Shown: positions 10,034 through 22,645, counted from the whole stretch's first letter. The stretch: 63,694 bases of DNA, filler included, from Octopus bimaculoides (GCF_001194135.2; 7 parts of 5 records of this genome joined end to end with filler, not necessarily neighbours in it); one strand, 5' to 3'. A program made the numbers and translations. The notes: generated from the letters alone by a model not told the origin.

Positions 10034-10333
10034 NNNNNNNNNNNNNNNNNNNNNNNNNNNNNNNNNNNNNNNNNNNNNNNNNNNNNNNNNNNNNNNNNNN
10101 NNNNNNNNNNNNNNNNNNNNNNNNNNNNNNNNNNNNNNNNNNNNNNNNNNNNNNNNNNNNNNNNNNNNNNNNNNNNNNNNNNNNNTATATACATACATAC
10201 ATACATGCATACAACCATGCGTACATACATACATACATATATATATATACACGCACATATATAAATATGCAACGATGCACGCGCGCGTGCACGCACACAC
10301 GCGCGCACGCACACACGCGCGCGCAAGTATATA

Positions 10334-10441
10334 ATATCGAAGTTGACAATCTACTCTGAGTCTCAAGTTTAGCTGGGCTTTTCATGACCGTGAACAATCC
10401 AGTAAAGTGTGAAACTCAGAGTAGACTGTTAACTTTGATAC
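10334..10441. repeat. Small fold-back / MITE-like element
   Basis: 32-bp arms at 10334-10365 and 10410-10441 are reverse complements with 5 transition mismatches. Confidence 0.7.
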
Positions 10442-10767
10442 AATAAGTTACACCTACCCACTCTACGTAGCATATTGAGTTTAGTGGCCGATTTAATAGG
10501 AGAGCATAGGGAGCGACCGCTCCTCACGAGCACATTTTTCAAAATTAGTGTCTTTTCAACAATTTCTTAAAACTTTTTACTTCACTTCTACGATAATGTT
10601 CGAATCCTTTTTTTTTTTATGCATTTCTGTTAATCGCCCTGGAAGAACTTTCTGGAGTCACTACTTTATTTGACCAAGTGTTTGTGCTTTTGAACTGTTT
10701 GCTCTATCTTCTGTGCTGTATTGGTGGTTGCTGGCATCTGAAGAACCAAAACAATTCCTGACGTCAT

Positions 10768-10922
10768 AACAACAACAACAACAACGACGACGACGATGAC
10801 GATGACGAAAACAACAACAACAACAACAACCAACAACAACAACCAACAACAACAACAACAACAACAGCAACAATAACAACACCAACAACAACAACAATAA
10901 TAATAATAGTAATAACAACAAC

Positions 10923-10970
<48 letters not shown>

Positions 10971-11009
10971 TATTATTATTATTATTATCATTATTGTTAT
11001 TATTATTAT
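10768..11009. repeat. Compound (AAC)n(GAC)n(AAT)n(ATT)n trinucleotide array
   Basis: Direct reading. Confidence 0.95.
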
Positions 11010-11519
11010 ACGTGTCTGATCCTATGTCTATGGCTATATCCTGAGAACTGCCTACCTTTTCATGGTATGGTGGGATAGAAGGCTTAAAGAACGCCTGACA
11101 CAGAACTCCACACTCATGAACATGTACTTTCGCTATGTCAATGATATCAATGTAGTGGTAAAGGCAGCCCCTCAAGAGGGTACTCTTGAAAGAGAAATAG
11201 AAACTAATACTATGGAGCGCATTCAGCAAATAGTTAACTCCATTCACCAGAGTATTAAGGTCACGATAGACTACCCTACGAAACACCCTAACCATAAACT
11301 ACCAGTACTAGATACAGAACTCTGGCTGGAAACTGTGAATAATAAAACCCAAATCCTTCATTCACACTAAGCCAAACCTATGGCCTTCAAATACCTGATC
11401 ACCCGGAACTCAGCTTTCACGGACAATGCCAAATTCAGCAGATCTCGTCAGAGTAATGAGAAATGTGTCCCGGATGTGCGACCCTACAGAATTAAAGTGA
11501 TACAAACAACACTTCGTTC

Positions 11520-11694
11520 ACGAGTACCCTCTTGAGGGGCTGCCTTTACCACTACATTGATATCATCGACATAGCGAGAGTATATGTTCATGAGTGTGGA
11601 GTTCTGTGTCAGGCGTTCTTTAAGCCGTCTGTCCCACCATACCATGAAAAGGTATGCAGTTCTCAGGATACAGCCATAAAGAAAGGATCAGAGT
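11520..11694 (-). repeat. Inverted copy of the element's own 5' end (11015-11189)
   Basis: About 11 mismatches in ~172 nt by manual alignment. This copy keeps TATGTCGATGAT (YVDD). Confidence 0.9.
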
Positions 11695-12758
11695 ATACAA
11701 AGGAGCCATGAGGAAATTTGAAACTCATTCGTAACGATAGGAATGGGATTTGCCCACTCTATAGGAGCAAGTCATGGAACACCATTGAAAGGATTAAGAA
11801 GAAAATAGGGAAGGCCAACTCATGGTATGATAGCCACAAATACCAGAGTGTCATGTTCGTCGACACTACCTCTAGAGGCGAACTGGCGTACCGCTTTAGA
11901 AGGGCCCTAGACAAACTTAAGCTAAGAATTAAGGTTGTTGAAAGGCCAGGCAACCCTATCAAATCCCTTATCAGTAGAACATACTCTTTTAGTAGAACCC
12001 CCTGCACTGATAGGAACTGTACTGTATGTAGATTTAGCCCACAAACAAACTGTAAAGCTAGGAATTTAGTCTATAGAATAAGATGTACAGAGGGACGGTG
12101 CAGTAACATGACAACGGCGTACGTAGGGGAAACAGCACGGAACATAGGAGAGCGGGTAAATCAGCATTAGAGGGAACTTAAGGAAGAGAAGATCTCATCG
12201 ATTATGTACCTACACGCCGAGTAGGAACACGGGGACTAGCTCATCAACATAGAAGTTAAAATCTTGTCTACACATAGAACAGTGGCAACGCTTAGACAAA
12301 TTACAGAAGCTACGCACATAATAGAAAATCTTGCCTGAACAGGAAACTAGAATGGAACACTAGCACACACCCAAAACACACTACAACCTTTGACAGAATA
12401 AGATCCCCATAAACTGATAATAATATGAATATAATACAATACACAAATAAATATATGGAACTAAATAACTATAAACATTAACAAAATAAATTAAATTAAA
12501 TTAAATACAAAAAAAAAGAAAGAGAAGAAAAATAAGTAGATATAAATAAACAAATGAGCAAAATAAATTAAAGCAAATTAAACAAACGTGTATAAACAAG
12601 GGATACTGATAATACAGGCACATTCTGCCCCACCACCCACTAAACATAGACACACACAGGGATATGCGCATGTGCAAATAAAGACACATACAATAGGAAT
12701 ACAAAATGGCTCATCATTAGTGAGGAAAGGCGCACAAAAAAGAAAGAAGAAAGCAAAA

Positions 12759-12806
12759 GACCACTGATGAGGTCACAGAAGTGTGACGAAAGAACTCTGA
12801 CCGAAA
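12759..12806 (+). ncRNA. Hammerhead-ribozyme-like core in the Penelope 3' region
   Basis: CTGATGA (12764-12770), G, then GTCACA-GAAG-TGTGAC (perfect 6-bp stem II), GAAA (12788-12791) and a possible CUC cleavage triplet at 12795-12797. Stems I and III are weak. Confidence 0.45.
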
Positions 12807-14840
12807 TACGATTAAAATAAAGCTGAAACAAGTGAACACCAATTATATAGTGCGTGTGTTTTCAATGGCTAAACTGGCAACATGACCATCTCCAAATACA
12901 ACAATATCTGTTTCAACACACGAATTCACATCAAGAATCTTGCAAAACGAATATATATACGTAAATATATATGTATATATATATATATATACATATATAT
13001 NNNNNNNNNNNNNNNNNNNNNNNNNNNNNNNNNNNNNNNNNNNNNNNNNNNNNNNNNNNNNNNNNNNNNNNNNNNNNNNNNNNNNNNNNNNNNNNNNNNN
13101 NNNNNNNNNNNNNNNNNNNNNNNNNNNNNNNNNNNNNNNNNNNNNNNNNNNNNNNNNNNNNNNNNNNNNNNNNNNNNNNNNNNNNNNNNNNNNNNNNNNN
13201 NNNNNNNNNNNNNNNNNNNNNNNNNNNNNNNNNNNNNNNNNNNNNNNNNNNNNNNNNNNNNNNNNNNNNNNNNNNNNNNNNNNNNNNNNNNNNNNNNNNN
13301 NNNNNNNNNNNNNNNNNNNNNNNNNNNNNNNNNNNNNNNNNNNNNNNNNNNNNNNNNNNNNNNNNNNNNNNNNNNNNNNNNNNNNNNNNNNNNNNNNNNN
13401 NNNNNNNNNNNNNNNNNNNNNNNNNNNNNNNNNNNNNNNNNNNNNNNNNNNNNNNNNNNNNNNNNNNNNNNNNNNNNNNNNNNNNNNNNNNNNNNNNNNN
13501 NNNNNNNNNNNNNNNNNNNNNNNNNNNNNNNNNNNNNNNNNNNNNNNNNNNNNNNNNNNNNNNNNNNNNNNNNNNNNNNNNNNNNNNNNNNNNNNNNNNN
13601 NNNNNNNNNNNNNNNNNNNNNNNNNNNNNNNNNNNNNNNNNNNNNNNNNNNNNNNNNNNNNNNNNNNNNNNNNNNNNNNNNNNNNNNNNNNNNNNNNNNN
13701 NNNNNNNNNNNNNNNNNNNNNNNNNNNNNNNNNNNNNNNNNNNNNNNNNNNNNNNNNNNNNNNNNNNNNNNNNNNNNNNNNNNNNNNNNNNNNNNNNNNN
13801 NNNNNNNNNNNNNNNNNNNNNNNNNNNNNNNNNNNNGCGTATAAATTACGATTAAACTGGATGAAATATGTTACAGGGAATAACATTTTTATGACCGCCC
13901 AGCAGTAACTCTATTCAGCTGAATAGACGTCAGTGATTGGTTGAAATTACAGAAATACGACAACTTTAACATGGAATAACTTGCGAATTCCTTTTTTTTT
14001 TGTTAAGAAGACTAAGAGTAAAAGATGTTTTATATGACACATTCTACCAGTGTCCCAAGTTTCAAAGTGTTTCGTTAAGAAAATACTGGTGCCCCCGTTT
14101 TAAAATGGATCCGATAGATGTATTATGTATGTATGTATGCATGTATGTATGTATGTATGTATGTATGTACGTATACAAGTATGTTTGTGAATATATGTGC
14201 GTTGGTAAGTATACATATAATATGCACGCACGCACATGCATTACTCGTACCCAGAAACACAATTTCAAACGCATACAAGAAACGTCTCTTGGACATTTTA
14301 ATCGACATATTTTCATTTAGCCTTACTTTGAAGCCTTAATCGCCAATGCAGAAGCAGGGACGCCATGAAGTCACAGAAAGTAACTTAGGAGTTGCAGTTA
14401 GGTGGAGCTCATCCCATTTCAGGGCTATCACAGCCGGCTTCTTCGAGGGACAAAGCAAGAAGAAACGGAAGAAATGATACTAGTTGTTATTTTGTTCTAT
14501 AATTATCGAACCAGAATGGAGGAAAGGCAAAGGTAATTTCGGTTTGTTTTCAAATTAGGGCAAACAGAACCAGGTTATTTGTCCAACACACAAATAAGGT
14601 TATGAGTACACTGTGGTGTGCAGGCTGCATACGGCTCTTGGGAATTTCCGCATAGCACACCTAAAGAAACATTACGTGAATTTTTTTTTTTTTTTTTTTT
14701 TGGTTAGAAGTCCAGCCAGTCGATGATAAGCCATATCTCATGCAGCAAGCTTCTCGAAAAATGTTTTCCATGCCTGCTCTAACAACAACCCAACTTCGCC
14801 ATTCCTACCAAATCTATTTATATATTCATAAGCACACACA

Positions 14841-14841
<1 letters not shown>

Positions 14842-14882
<41 letters not shown>

Positions 14883-14962
14883 CATCATCATCATTATCAT
14901 CATTATTATTGTTATCATCATCATCATCAGCAGCATCATCAGCATCATCATCATCATCATCG

Positions 14963-14993
<31 letters not shown>

Positions 14994-14999
14994 TATTAA
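14842..14999. repeat. (ATC)n/(ATT)n array
   Basis: Direct reading. It forms the 3' flank of an R4/Dong-like element. Confidence 0.95.
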
Positions 15000-15993
15000 T
15001 CTTTACACAGTTTCTAACGCTGGAGATGTACTACCGTGTCAGCTGTTCACTACCAGGGAACAAAGGTAACACCACTTATTTTCGAGCACCATCCGGAGTA
15101 TTCCTGCGGTTCCAAGTAGTGCTGTTTTCTGCAAGTTCTCCACCCTTATTGCAGCACCTATTTGTTCCATATACTTTTCAAGATTTTTACCCACTGTTCC
15201 CAGGGCCCCGACAATTATTGGTGCTACTATCACCTTTTTCATCGACCACAACTGCTTAACCTCCAAAGCTAATCAATGATATCTATCGACTTTTCTTTCT
15301 TCCTTATCGCATACCTTGTTGTCATCTGGGCATGCTATATCTGTGATCCAGCATCATTTGCTTTCTTTGCAATTAAGACTATGTCCGGTTTCCTATTTTC
15401 TATCTCATGGTCGCACTGAGTAACAAAATCCCATAGGGTCTTTGCATTATCATTTTCAATGAAGCCTTCTGGTTTATGTTCGTACTACTATTTTGCGCCC
15501 GTTTTTTGGTAAGTGTCCAATGTTCTATCCTTGCTATTTCTTGATGACGTCTCTTATACTCTTTCTGGGATTGTGACGTACATTGACTGTTAATATTCCA
15601 TACCGTTTCACCATTTTGTCCACAAATTCTGCACTTATCACTTTCTGATATGTTGTCTTTTCTGTTTTTGATGTAATTGGTTCTTATTTCTTGCTCTTCG
15701 TCAGCACAAATTAGAGCCTCCATTTTGGTTTTAAATCAATTTTAGTCATCCATAGCCATCTTTTTTCTCTGTCTCTTTTATCTTCAACATCCTTATAAAA
15801 TTCTCCATGCATTCTTTTCTTTATCCACCTATTTTCAGTTTCATTCATTCTCAAGTCCTTGCACCTCTAAGGTGTCTAAGTCTGTAGATATTCTACCAAT
15901 CCAAGATGCCTTTTCATTGTGATTTTTCTTCTGCCCAAATTTGATTCCAAAATTCTCGCACTTCTTTTGATGGGACAGACTTTACTGTAACTG
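15000..15993 (-). mobile_element. R4/Dong-like RLE non-LTR element, family 1 (RT domain deleted)
   Basis: EALICADEEQEIRTNYIK, CCHC-like KCRICGQNGETVWNINSQC, RPDIV..D restriction-like nuclease and C-terminal LQKTALLGTAGILRMVL. The 5' part EFWNQIWAEEKSH is the pre-RT region. (TTA)n on both sides. Confidence 0.85.
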
Positions 15994-16020
15994 GTTATTA
16001 TTATTATTATTATTATTATC

Positions 16021-16435
16021 ATGAGTGAGAGAGCAGTGCATGCCATCAAAGTGACACTGGGGTAAAATATACGAAGCCCATTATACCCANNNNNNNNNNC
16101 AGGTCGAGTAGCCCGTCCTACTCAAAAGGTCCCTGAATAAGATTTGTCTAAGGATTTTGAGCAAAACACTCATGTTTCCAAAGGTGAATAATTAAAACCC
16201 CAAAGAATTCCTCTCAGCACATGGCTATGATACTCTCCTACTACTTCTGCGCATGCTCAGAGATGCACATATCGTCAGCCACCAAGGGACATGCTCAACT
16301 GGTTAAGGTCAAACAACTGACAAGCAAATCTGTGGTATTAAACAGAATATTTGCTGTAGCCCATCTTTTATACCAAGACAAAACAATGTACATGATGACG
16401 CTTCCAGTCAGTTAAGATCAGAAGCCATGAGAGCC
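16021..16435. mobile_element. Unclassified non-coding segment bounded by (TTA)n on both sides; candidate non-autonomous insert
   Basis: Higher-complexity ~415-bp block sitting exactly between two (ATT)n runs and two RLE elements. No convincing ORF. Confidence 0.35.
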
Positions 16436-16466
<31 letters not shown>

Positions 16467-16691
16467 GTTCAGTAGTTTTATTTTTATAACGTGCTTTCAC
16501 TTCACTACCGAGCGCAGCTCTGTGCGCCTTGGGTATGTGCTGTGGTTTGCTGTGGTGTTCTTATGGTTACTGTATTGAAAGTGTTTTGCGTAGGATGTGT
16601 GCAGTGCCCAGTAGTGCAGTTTTCTGTATGTTATATATATTTGTAAGTCCTGGTGCTTTTGTTATGTATTTGTCTGAATATTTTTTTATTA
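16467..16691 (-). mobile_element. R4/Dong-like RLE element 3' end, family 2
   Basis: Minus strand reads YSDKYITKAPGLTNIYNIQKTALLGTAHILRKTLSIQ*, then a 3' UTR and (AAT)n. About 97% identical to 43323-43539. Confidence 0.85.
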
Positions 16692-16791
16692 NNNNNNNNN
16701 NNNNNNNNNNNNNNNNNNNNNNNNNNNNNNNNNNNTTAATTAATTAANNNNNNNNNNNNNNNNNNNNNNNNNNNNNNNNNNNNNNNNNNNN

Positions 16792-16835
<44 letters not shown>

Positions 16836-17473
16836 CACATATATATATACATAGGCTTCACGCTTTAAAAGGAAACGTTTGCTGGTGATTAAATCACGAA
16901 GTAAGATGACCAGTAAGTGACCGTTTGATGATGGAGAAACTTCGGACAATGCTATGATTTTATTTGGTCGGTTGGCAGTAGCAATTATGAGTGATTTTTC
17001 TTGTATTGCAGGGGTTTTAGGGGTTGGGTTTTCGGTAAGGGGGTGTCATTATTTTTTTCTTTCTTCTTTAGTGTTTAAGATTTAGACGTAATATACAACA
17101 CAATATGGTGTCCATAGATCAAAACCAGCCAATCAAATTGTTGCCAGTAACGAAGCAGAACGGTCAAGGAATACAGGAAGATGTTAAAATGTTTGAATAT
17201 AATGAAGTAAGGTAAGGTGACAAGGACAGAGATGAAAAGGAATACGAAAGAAGAGGGATGGAAAGCAAGAAAAACAGCGAGAAAACAGAGGAAGAAAAGA
17301 AAGTAGGGAAACCGTAGAAGTTAACAGTGCAATTAAAACGTTATGTATGTAATGAAATGATGCTTCAGAAAATGGCGTCTCTGAAGTGGAAAATATCCAT
17401 TGATATGAATGCATTTAATATGTTTTAATGATGCGACGAAAGTGGATGACAGAATGAAGAATGAGGAAGTTCA

Positions 17474-17562
17474 GTGGTAGCACGTCTGTCAAAAATGCCT
17501 TGTGGGTATTTAATTACTGCTCTTTGCGTTCTGAGTTCAAATCCCCATCGAGGTCGATTTTT
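17474..17562 (+). mobile_element. SINE family B head fragment
   Basis: ..GCGTTCTGAGTTCAAATCCC..GAGGTCGATTTT matches the B-box region of family B. Confidence 0.6.
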
Positions 17563-17679
17563 CCCCCCCACCTTTTATCGTTTCACAGACGATAAAATAA
17601 AATACCAGACAAGTAGTGAGGTCTGTTGACTTGTCTGTTCTCTCTCCTTCTCTCTTAAATCTGGTATGTGTAATATTTG

Positions 17680-17760
17680 GCAGCAGCAGTAGCAGCAGTG
17701 GCAGCAGCAGTAGCAGCAGCAGCGGCAACAGTAGTAGTAGTGGTGGTGGTGGTGGTGGTG

Positions 17761-17827
<67 letters not shown>
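17680..17827. repeat. Compound (AGC)n(GGT)n(AGT)n array
   Basis: Direct reading. Confidence 0.95.
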
Positions 17828-18078
17828 ATGAAGAAAAATATATATATATATATATTTATATCCAAAGTGGTAGTGAACATCAAAAACTGTGTGAACGACT
17901 TGAAAAATTGTTCAGACACTAGTACATTTTCCTACTATTTTCAACATGAAACCAATGGTAACACTAATACGCAAATAAAGAAACTATATACCCACCAATG
18001 GTGTATTGAGCACTCATTTTCATCGTTTGATATTCACGTGTATATACATATATATATATGTATATATATAATATATAT

Positions 18079-18160
<82 letters not shown>

Positions 18161-18164
18161 CCCC

Positions 18165-18505
18165 TTCCAGATCCTAGAAGGAATTGTAACAAATATTGGC
18201 ACTGAAATGTATGCAAACGCCAGAACAGGTCGCCACTGCACAATGCCAAAGTCCCAACAATGCCGTCGCGCTTCCGGACCAGTTACTGCAACACCCTAGC
18301 TTTCAAGGGCCACAGTAATATTCTTCCAAAGAGCCTGAGAAATCTACAGAAAATGAATCTAGATATTTCGAAACCAAAACTGGATCTCTTCCTGTCGGGA
18401 GTTCCAGATGAACCTACTTCGCAGCAGGATGCGCAAATGAGAGCAACGACATCAAACTCCCTTGTTCACCAAATGCCACATATTAAAGGGAGCTTTCCAT
18501 AATAA
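18165..18505 (+). mobile_element. CR1/L2-group LINE 3'-terminal fragment
   Basis: ILEGIV.NIG.EMYANARTGRHC, then ILPKSLRNL..KLDLFLSGVPDEP..RATTSNSLVHQ, a typical C-terminal end of CR1-group ORF2. Confidence 0.7.
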
Positions 18506-20287
18506 GAGTGTAGCAAAACATGGCCGCAGCTTTGAGCTGAAACCGATAAGAGAAAAAAAAAAAGATATTGTGTGTGTGTCTGTCTGTGTCTGTGTTTGTC
18601 TGTGTCTTTGTGTGTATGCGTGTATGTGGGTCTATGCATACGTAAACAAATATATATGCATATGATCCCCCACATGGAAGTATGTATACATACATATTAG
18701 TATGTAGTTTCTGTGTTATTCCAACGGTCCAAGTTTCACTCAATAAACTAAATACTTCGCATTAACTGCTAAGTCTTAAAGGTTTAAGACGATTACATAA
18801 AGTAACAGTTTCAGGCGGACTGTGTGAATGTGTGTACGTTTGTATAAAACACTGCATATATATGTGTACGTGCGCGTGTGTATGTGTATGTGTGCGTGTA
18901 TATATATATATATNNNNNNNNNNNNNNNNNNNNNNNNNNNNNNNNNNNNNNNNNNNNNNNNNNNNNNNNNNNNNNNNNNNNNNNNNNNNNNNNNNNNNNN
19001 NNNNNNNNNNNNNNNNNNNNNNNNNNNNNNNNNNNNNNNNNNNNNNNNNNNNNNNNNNNNNNNNNNNNNNNNNNNNNNNNNNNNNNNNNNNNNNNNNNNN
19101 NNNNNNNNNNNNNNNNNNNNNNNNNNNNNNNNNNNNNNNNNNNNNNNNNNNNNNNNNNNNNNNNNNNNNNNNNNNNNNNNNNNNNNNNNNNNNNNNNNNN
19201 NNNNNNNNNNNNNNNNNNNNNNNNNNNNNNNNNNNNNNNNNNNNNNNNNNNNNNNNNNNNNNNNNNNNNNNNNNNNNNNNNNNNNNNNNNNNNNNNNNNN
19301 NNNNNNNNNNNNNNNNNNNNNNNNNNNNNNNNNNNNNNNNNNNNNNNNNNNNNNNNNNNNNNNNNNNNNNNNNNNNNNNNNNNNNNNNNNNNNNNNNNNN
19401 NNNNNNNNNNNNNNNNNNNNNNNNNNNNNNNNNNNNNNNATATATATATATATATATATATACATGTGTGTGTGCGTGTGTGTGTGTCTACATATAGAAT
19501 ATACATTATAAATATGCATGTATGTATATATACAACTTCAACACTCAATTACACAAGATAGCAGGAAATGCAATATTGAGGATTAACTCAATTCTACTTA
19601 ATATCTCATAAATAATTTATCAATGTAACATATATACAAAAATCAAAGTTCACATCGAGGATACTTGAATTGCTAATGCGCCGTTACGTCACTTAATTCT
19701 GCAATTCTAGGCACAATGTGTATACCTGCGTGTGTATTCACATCCATATATGAGTGTTTGTGTGTGAGTGGTGTGTGTGTGTGTGTATGTGTGTGCGTAC
19801 GTACGTGTGTATGTGCGTGTGGTTTCGTTAAACCAGTCTTTGATACCGTACTCAATGCTCCTAATTATTATTTATTTGAATATTGGGTCAATAAATTGTT
19901 TTTTTGCATCCGTGTGCTCTCGCTCGTGTGTGTATGCATTGAAGAATTTGCTATTTCGAATGAGATAGCGCGGTGTTTTGAACTCCATGTAAATCCATGT
20001 ATTCTTAATTCCAGTCAATTTTAAAACATAATTTGCTCTTCGATTTTTGCCCTTTCCTTTTTCCGATTATATACAGTTATAAAGCGTATATCTGAGAACG
20101 AAATAAGCACAAGATTTAGCTTGTCTTTGTATTAAAACATCATATATTACGTACACTTTACACGTTTATCACTGGTAAATAACGTAATCACTTCGGAAAC
20201 CAGATCTTCAGAAGACGATTGTACTTTATTCCATAGTTATTCACCGAACTTGGTTTGCTGTACTATAAAACAGCTGCTTCTAAATTC

Positions 20288-20449
20288 TTTTCTGCTCTAG
20301 GTACAAGGCCCGAAATTTTTGGAGAGGTGGGGGCCAGTCGATTAGATTGACCCCAGTATGCAACTGGTACTTAATTTATCGACCCCGAAAGGAGGAAAAG
20401 CAAAGTCTACCTCGGTGGAATTTGAACTCAGAACGTAAAGACACACGAA
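20288..20449 (-). mobile_element. 5'-truncated SINE family B with a perfect 14-bp TSD
   Basis: CTGCTTCTAAATTC at 20274-20287 and 20450-20463 flank the family B body (TTCCTCCTTTCGGGGTCGATAAATTAAGTACCAG on the minus strand). Confidence 0.9.
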
Positions 20450-21095
20450 CTGCTTCTAAATTCGGAACATTTTATATAGCATGGTTATTAAAAGGAAGAT
20501 TATTTCTATTGTATTAGTGTGATAAAGCTTCTAAGAATAAAAGAAGAATTATTAGTGTTGTCATAATGTCGAAAGAATAAAAGAAAATTCAGAAACCTAA
20601 ACAGTCATAGTTCACAAGAATTTCAAGTTAACGATGACGAATGATTCACAAGTTGATGATAGAGTAAAACAGACTGGAATCTAATTAAAGAGAAACAGCT
20701 GTAAGTTCCTACCTTCTCGAAAACACATATCTACTCACTCGTGCACAGAACTCAACACACTAGTGTTCGCTAATGAAACACGTGTAAAGATTGTAAAGAT
20801 TTGTGGTGTTATGATAAAAATTATAAACTAAAACTGTTTTATTCTTTTTCGTTTGTGTGTATGTGTGTGTGTCTCTGTGTGTGTGTGTCTGTGTCTGCGT
20901 GCGTGTATGCATGAGTGTGTTTTGAGGCGTGTGTGTGTTCCTGTGTGTCCGTAAATGTATATATACAAAGTGTAGTTAGGGTGCCCTTATTTCTGTGACA
21001 GAGAGGAAACGCAATGCAAGCGAATGGAGATCTGAAATTTATCGCGGAAACAGAGTAGAATTTTCGTCGGTCCAATTCTAAAATTATATATAAAT

Positions 21096-21173
<78 letters not shown>

Positions 21174-22594
21174 NNNNNNNNNNNNNNNNNNNNNNNNNNN
21201 NNNNNNNNNNNNNNNNNNNNNNNNNNNNNNNNNNNNNNNNNNNNNNNNNNNNNNNNNNNNNNNNNNNNNNNNNNNNNNNNNNNNNNNNNNNNNNNNNNNN
21301 NNNNNNNNNNNNNNNNNNNNNNNNNNNNNNNNNNNNNNNNNNNNNNNNNNNNNNNNNNNNNNNNNNNNNNNNNNNNNNNNNNNNNNNNNNNNNNNNNNNN
21401 NNNNTATATAAATATATACACACGATCCTGCATACATAATTAAGTATGTACGCATACATAGTGCCTAGATGTGGAAATATCAGTGCATTTATAGACATAC
21501 ATAATGAATCATAATATAATAGATATACAGAGATAAACCGTTTAATTTCGATCGAATACACTTAGAGTTTTCCAAAACAGTACCAAAAAAAAAAAAACTA
21601 AAAAGAAAGAAACAGTAATAAAACGCGAAGAGAAATAAAATTATGATGAATAACTTCTTTTACAGGAAAGATAAAACGGTCATTTTTATACGGAACCTAA
21701 CAATTCTTGACAGTCTCATTGATTCTCAGGTTAGGATAAAGCACGAAACGGCAGGCAAAAAATTTTTGAAGAGAATTAACCAAGCTGGCTTATATTATAA
21801 GATGACTGATTATCATTTTTCTTGTTCTTTTTTTGTTCTTGTTTGCTATTTATCCATTTGGCTTTTGGAGTTTGTTTTCGAACATTTGCCAGTCTTGTAC
21901 TTATTTGTTCATGCCCTTTTTTTTTACATATATATATATATATATATATACATTTCTTACAGAAATTTTGGTAAAATTCCAAGAATAAAATTTGTCTATA
22001 CAATCAGTTCCTCTTCCAGATATTTCACCTTATCTCGCAATTGTTGATGGTTTCCTTATTATTTCCGCTCTGCAAACCAATAATAAAAACGAATAGCCTG
22101 GTTATAGACATACATACCGATATACATTCATATATACACATCATATCTATATATATATATATATATGTACAACATATATATATATCATATGTATAAATAT
22201 ATATGTGTGTATGTGCATGCGTATATTTGTATTGGTTTACAGTGAACGAATGGACTAATTTATTTTTAAAATCTGTTTAGATGTCGGTTTGCCATAAAAA
22301 CTATCGCGATGGTGATTCTTATCCGCTGGTCGTATAGGCGTTGGTCTTGCCGTTATGTTAATGGCAGTGGTTGTGTTGAGGATAAATAATAGTACTGGTG
22401 GTGTTGATAGTAGGACAATGGTGGTGGTGATGAAGAGTGTGGTGAGGGTAGTGGCAGTGGTGTTGGTGTTGGTGTTGGTGTTGTTGTTGGTGTTGTTGAT
22501 GACGGTGAGAGTAGTGATGGTGATAAGAAAATGATGAAGTTCATTTGACGGTGAAGTTGCAGTAAATATGGCTATTATAAATGAGACAGTATGG

Positions 22595-22645
<51 letters not shown>

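Larger units (their letters stand above)
11015..12835 (+). mobile_element. 5'-truncated Penelope-like element (RT C-terminal half + GIY-YIG endonuclease + 3' region)
   Basis: RYVND (YVDD motif), LPVLDTELW, H*AKPMAFKYLI (RT/thumb); CTDRNCTVC..CKARNLVYRIRC..AYVGETARNIGERVNQH (GIY-YIG with upstream Cys motif). Decayed, with an internal inverted insert. Confidence 0.9.

Noticed and set aside
10661-11295. Poly-L/I/Y/S/V/D/M ORFs over trinucleotide arrays (also 14740-15259, 17537-17922, 22541-22983, 35099-35852, 42306-42614)
   Set aside because: These are stop-free phases of microsatellites, with no protein-like content or splice support.
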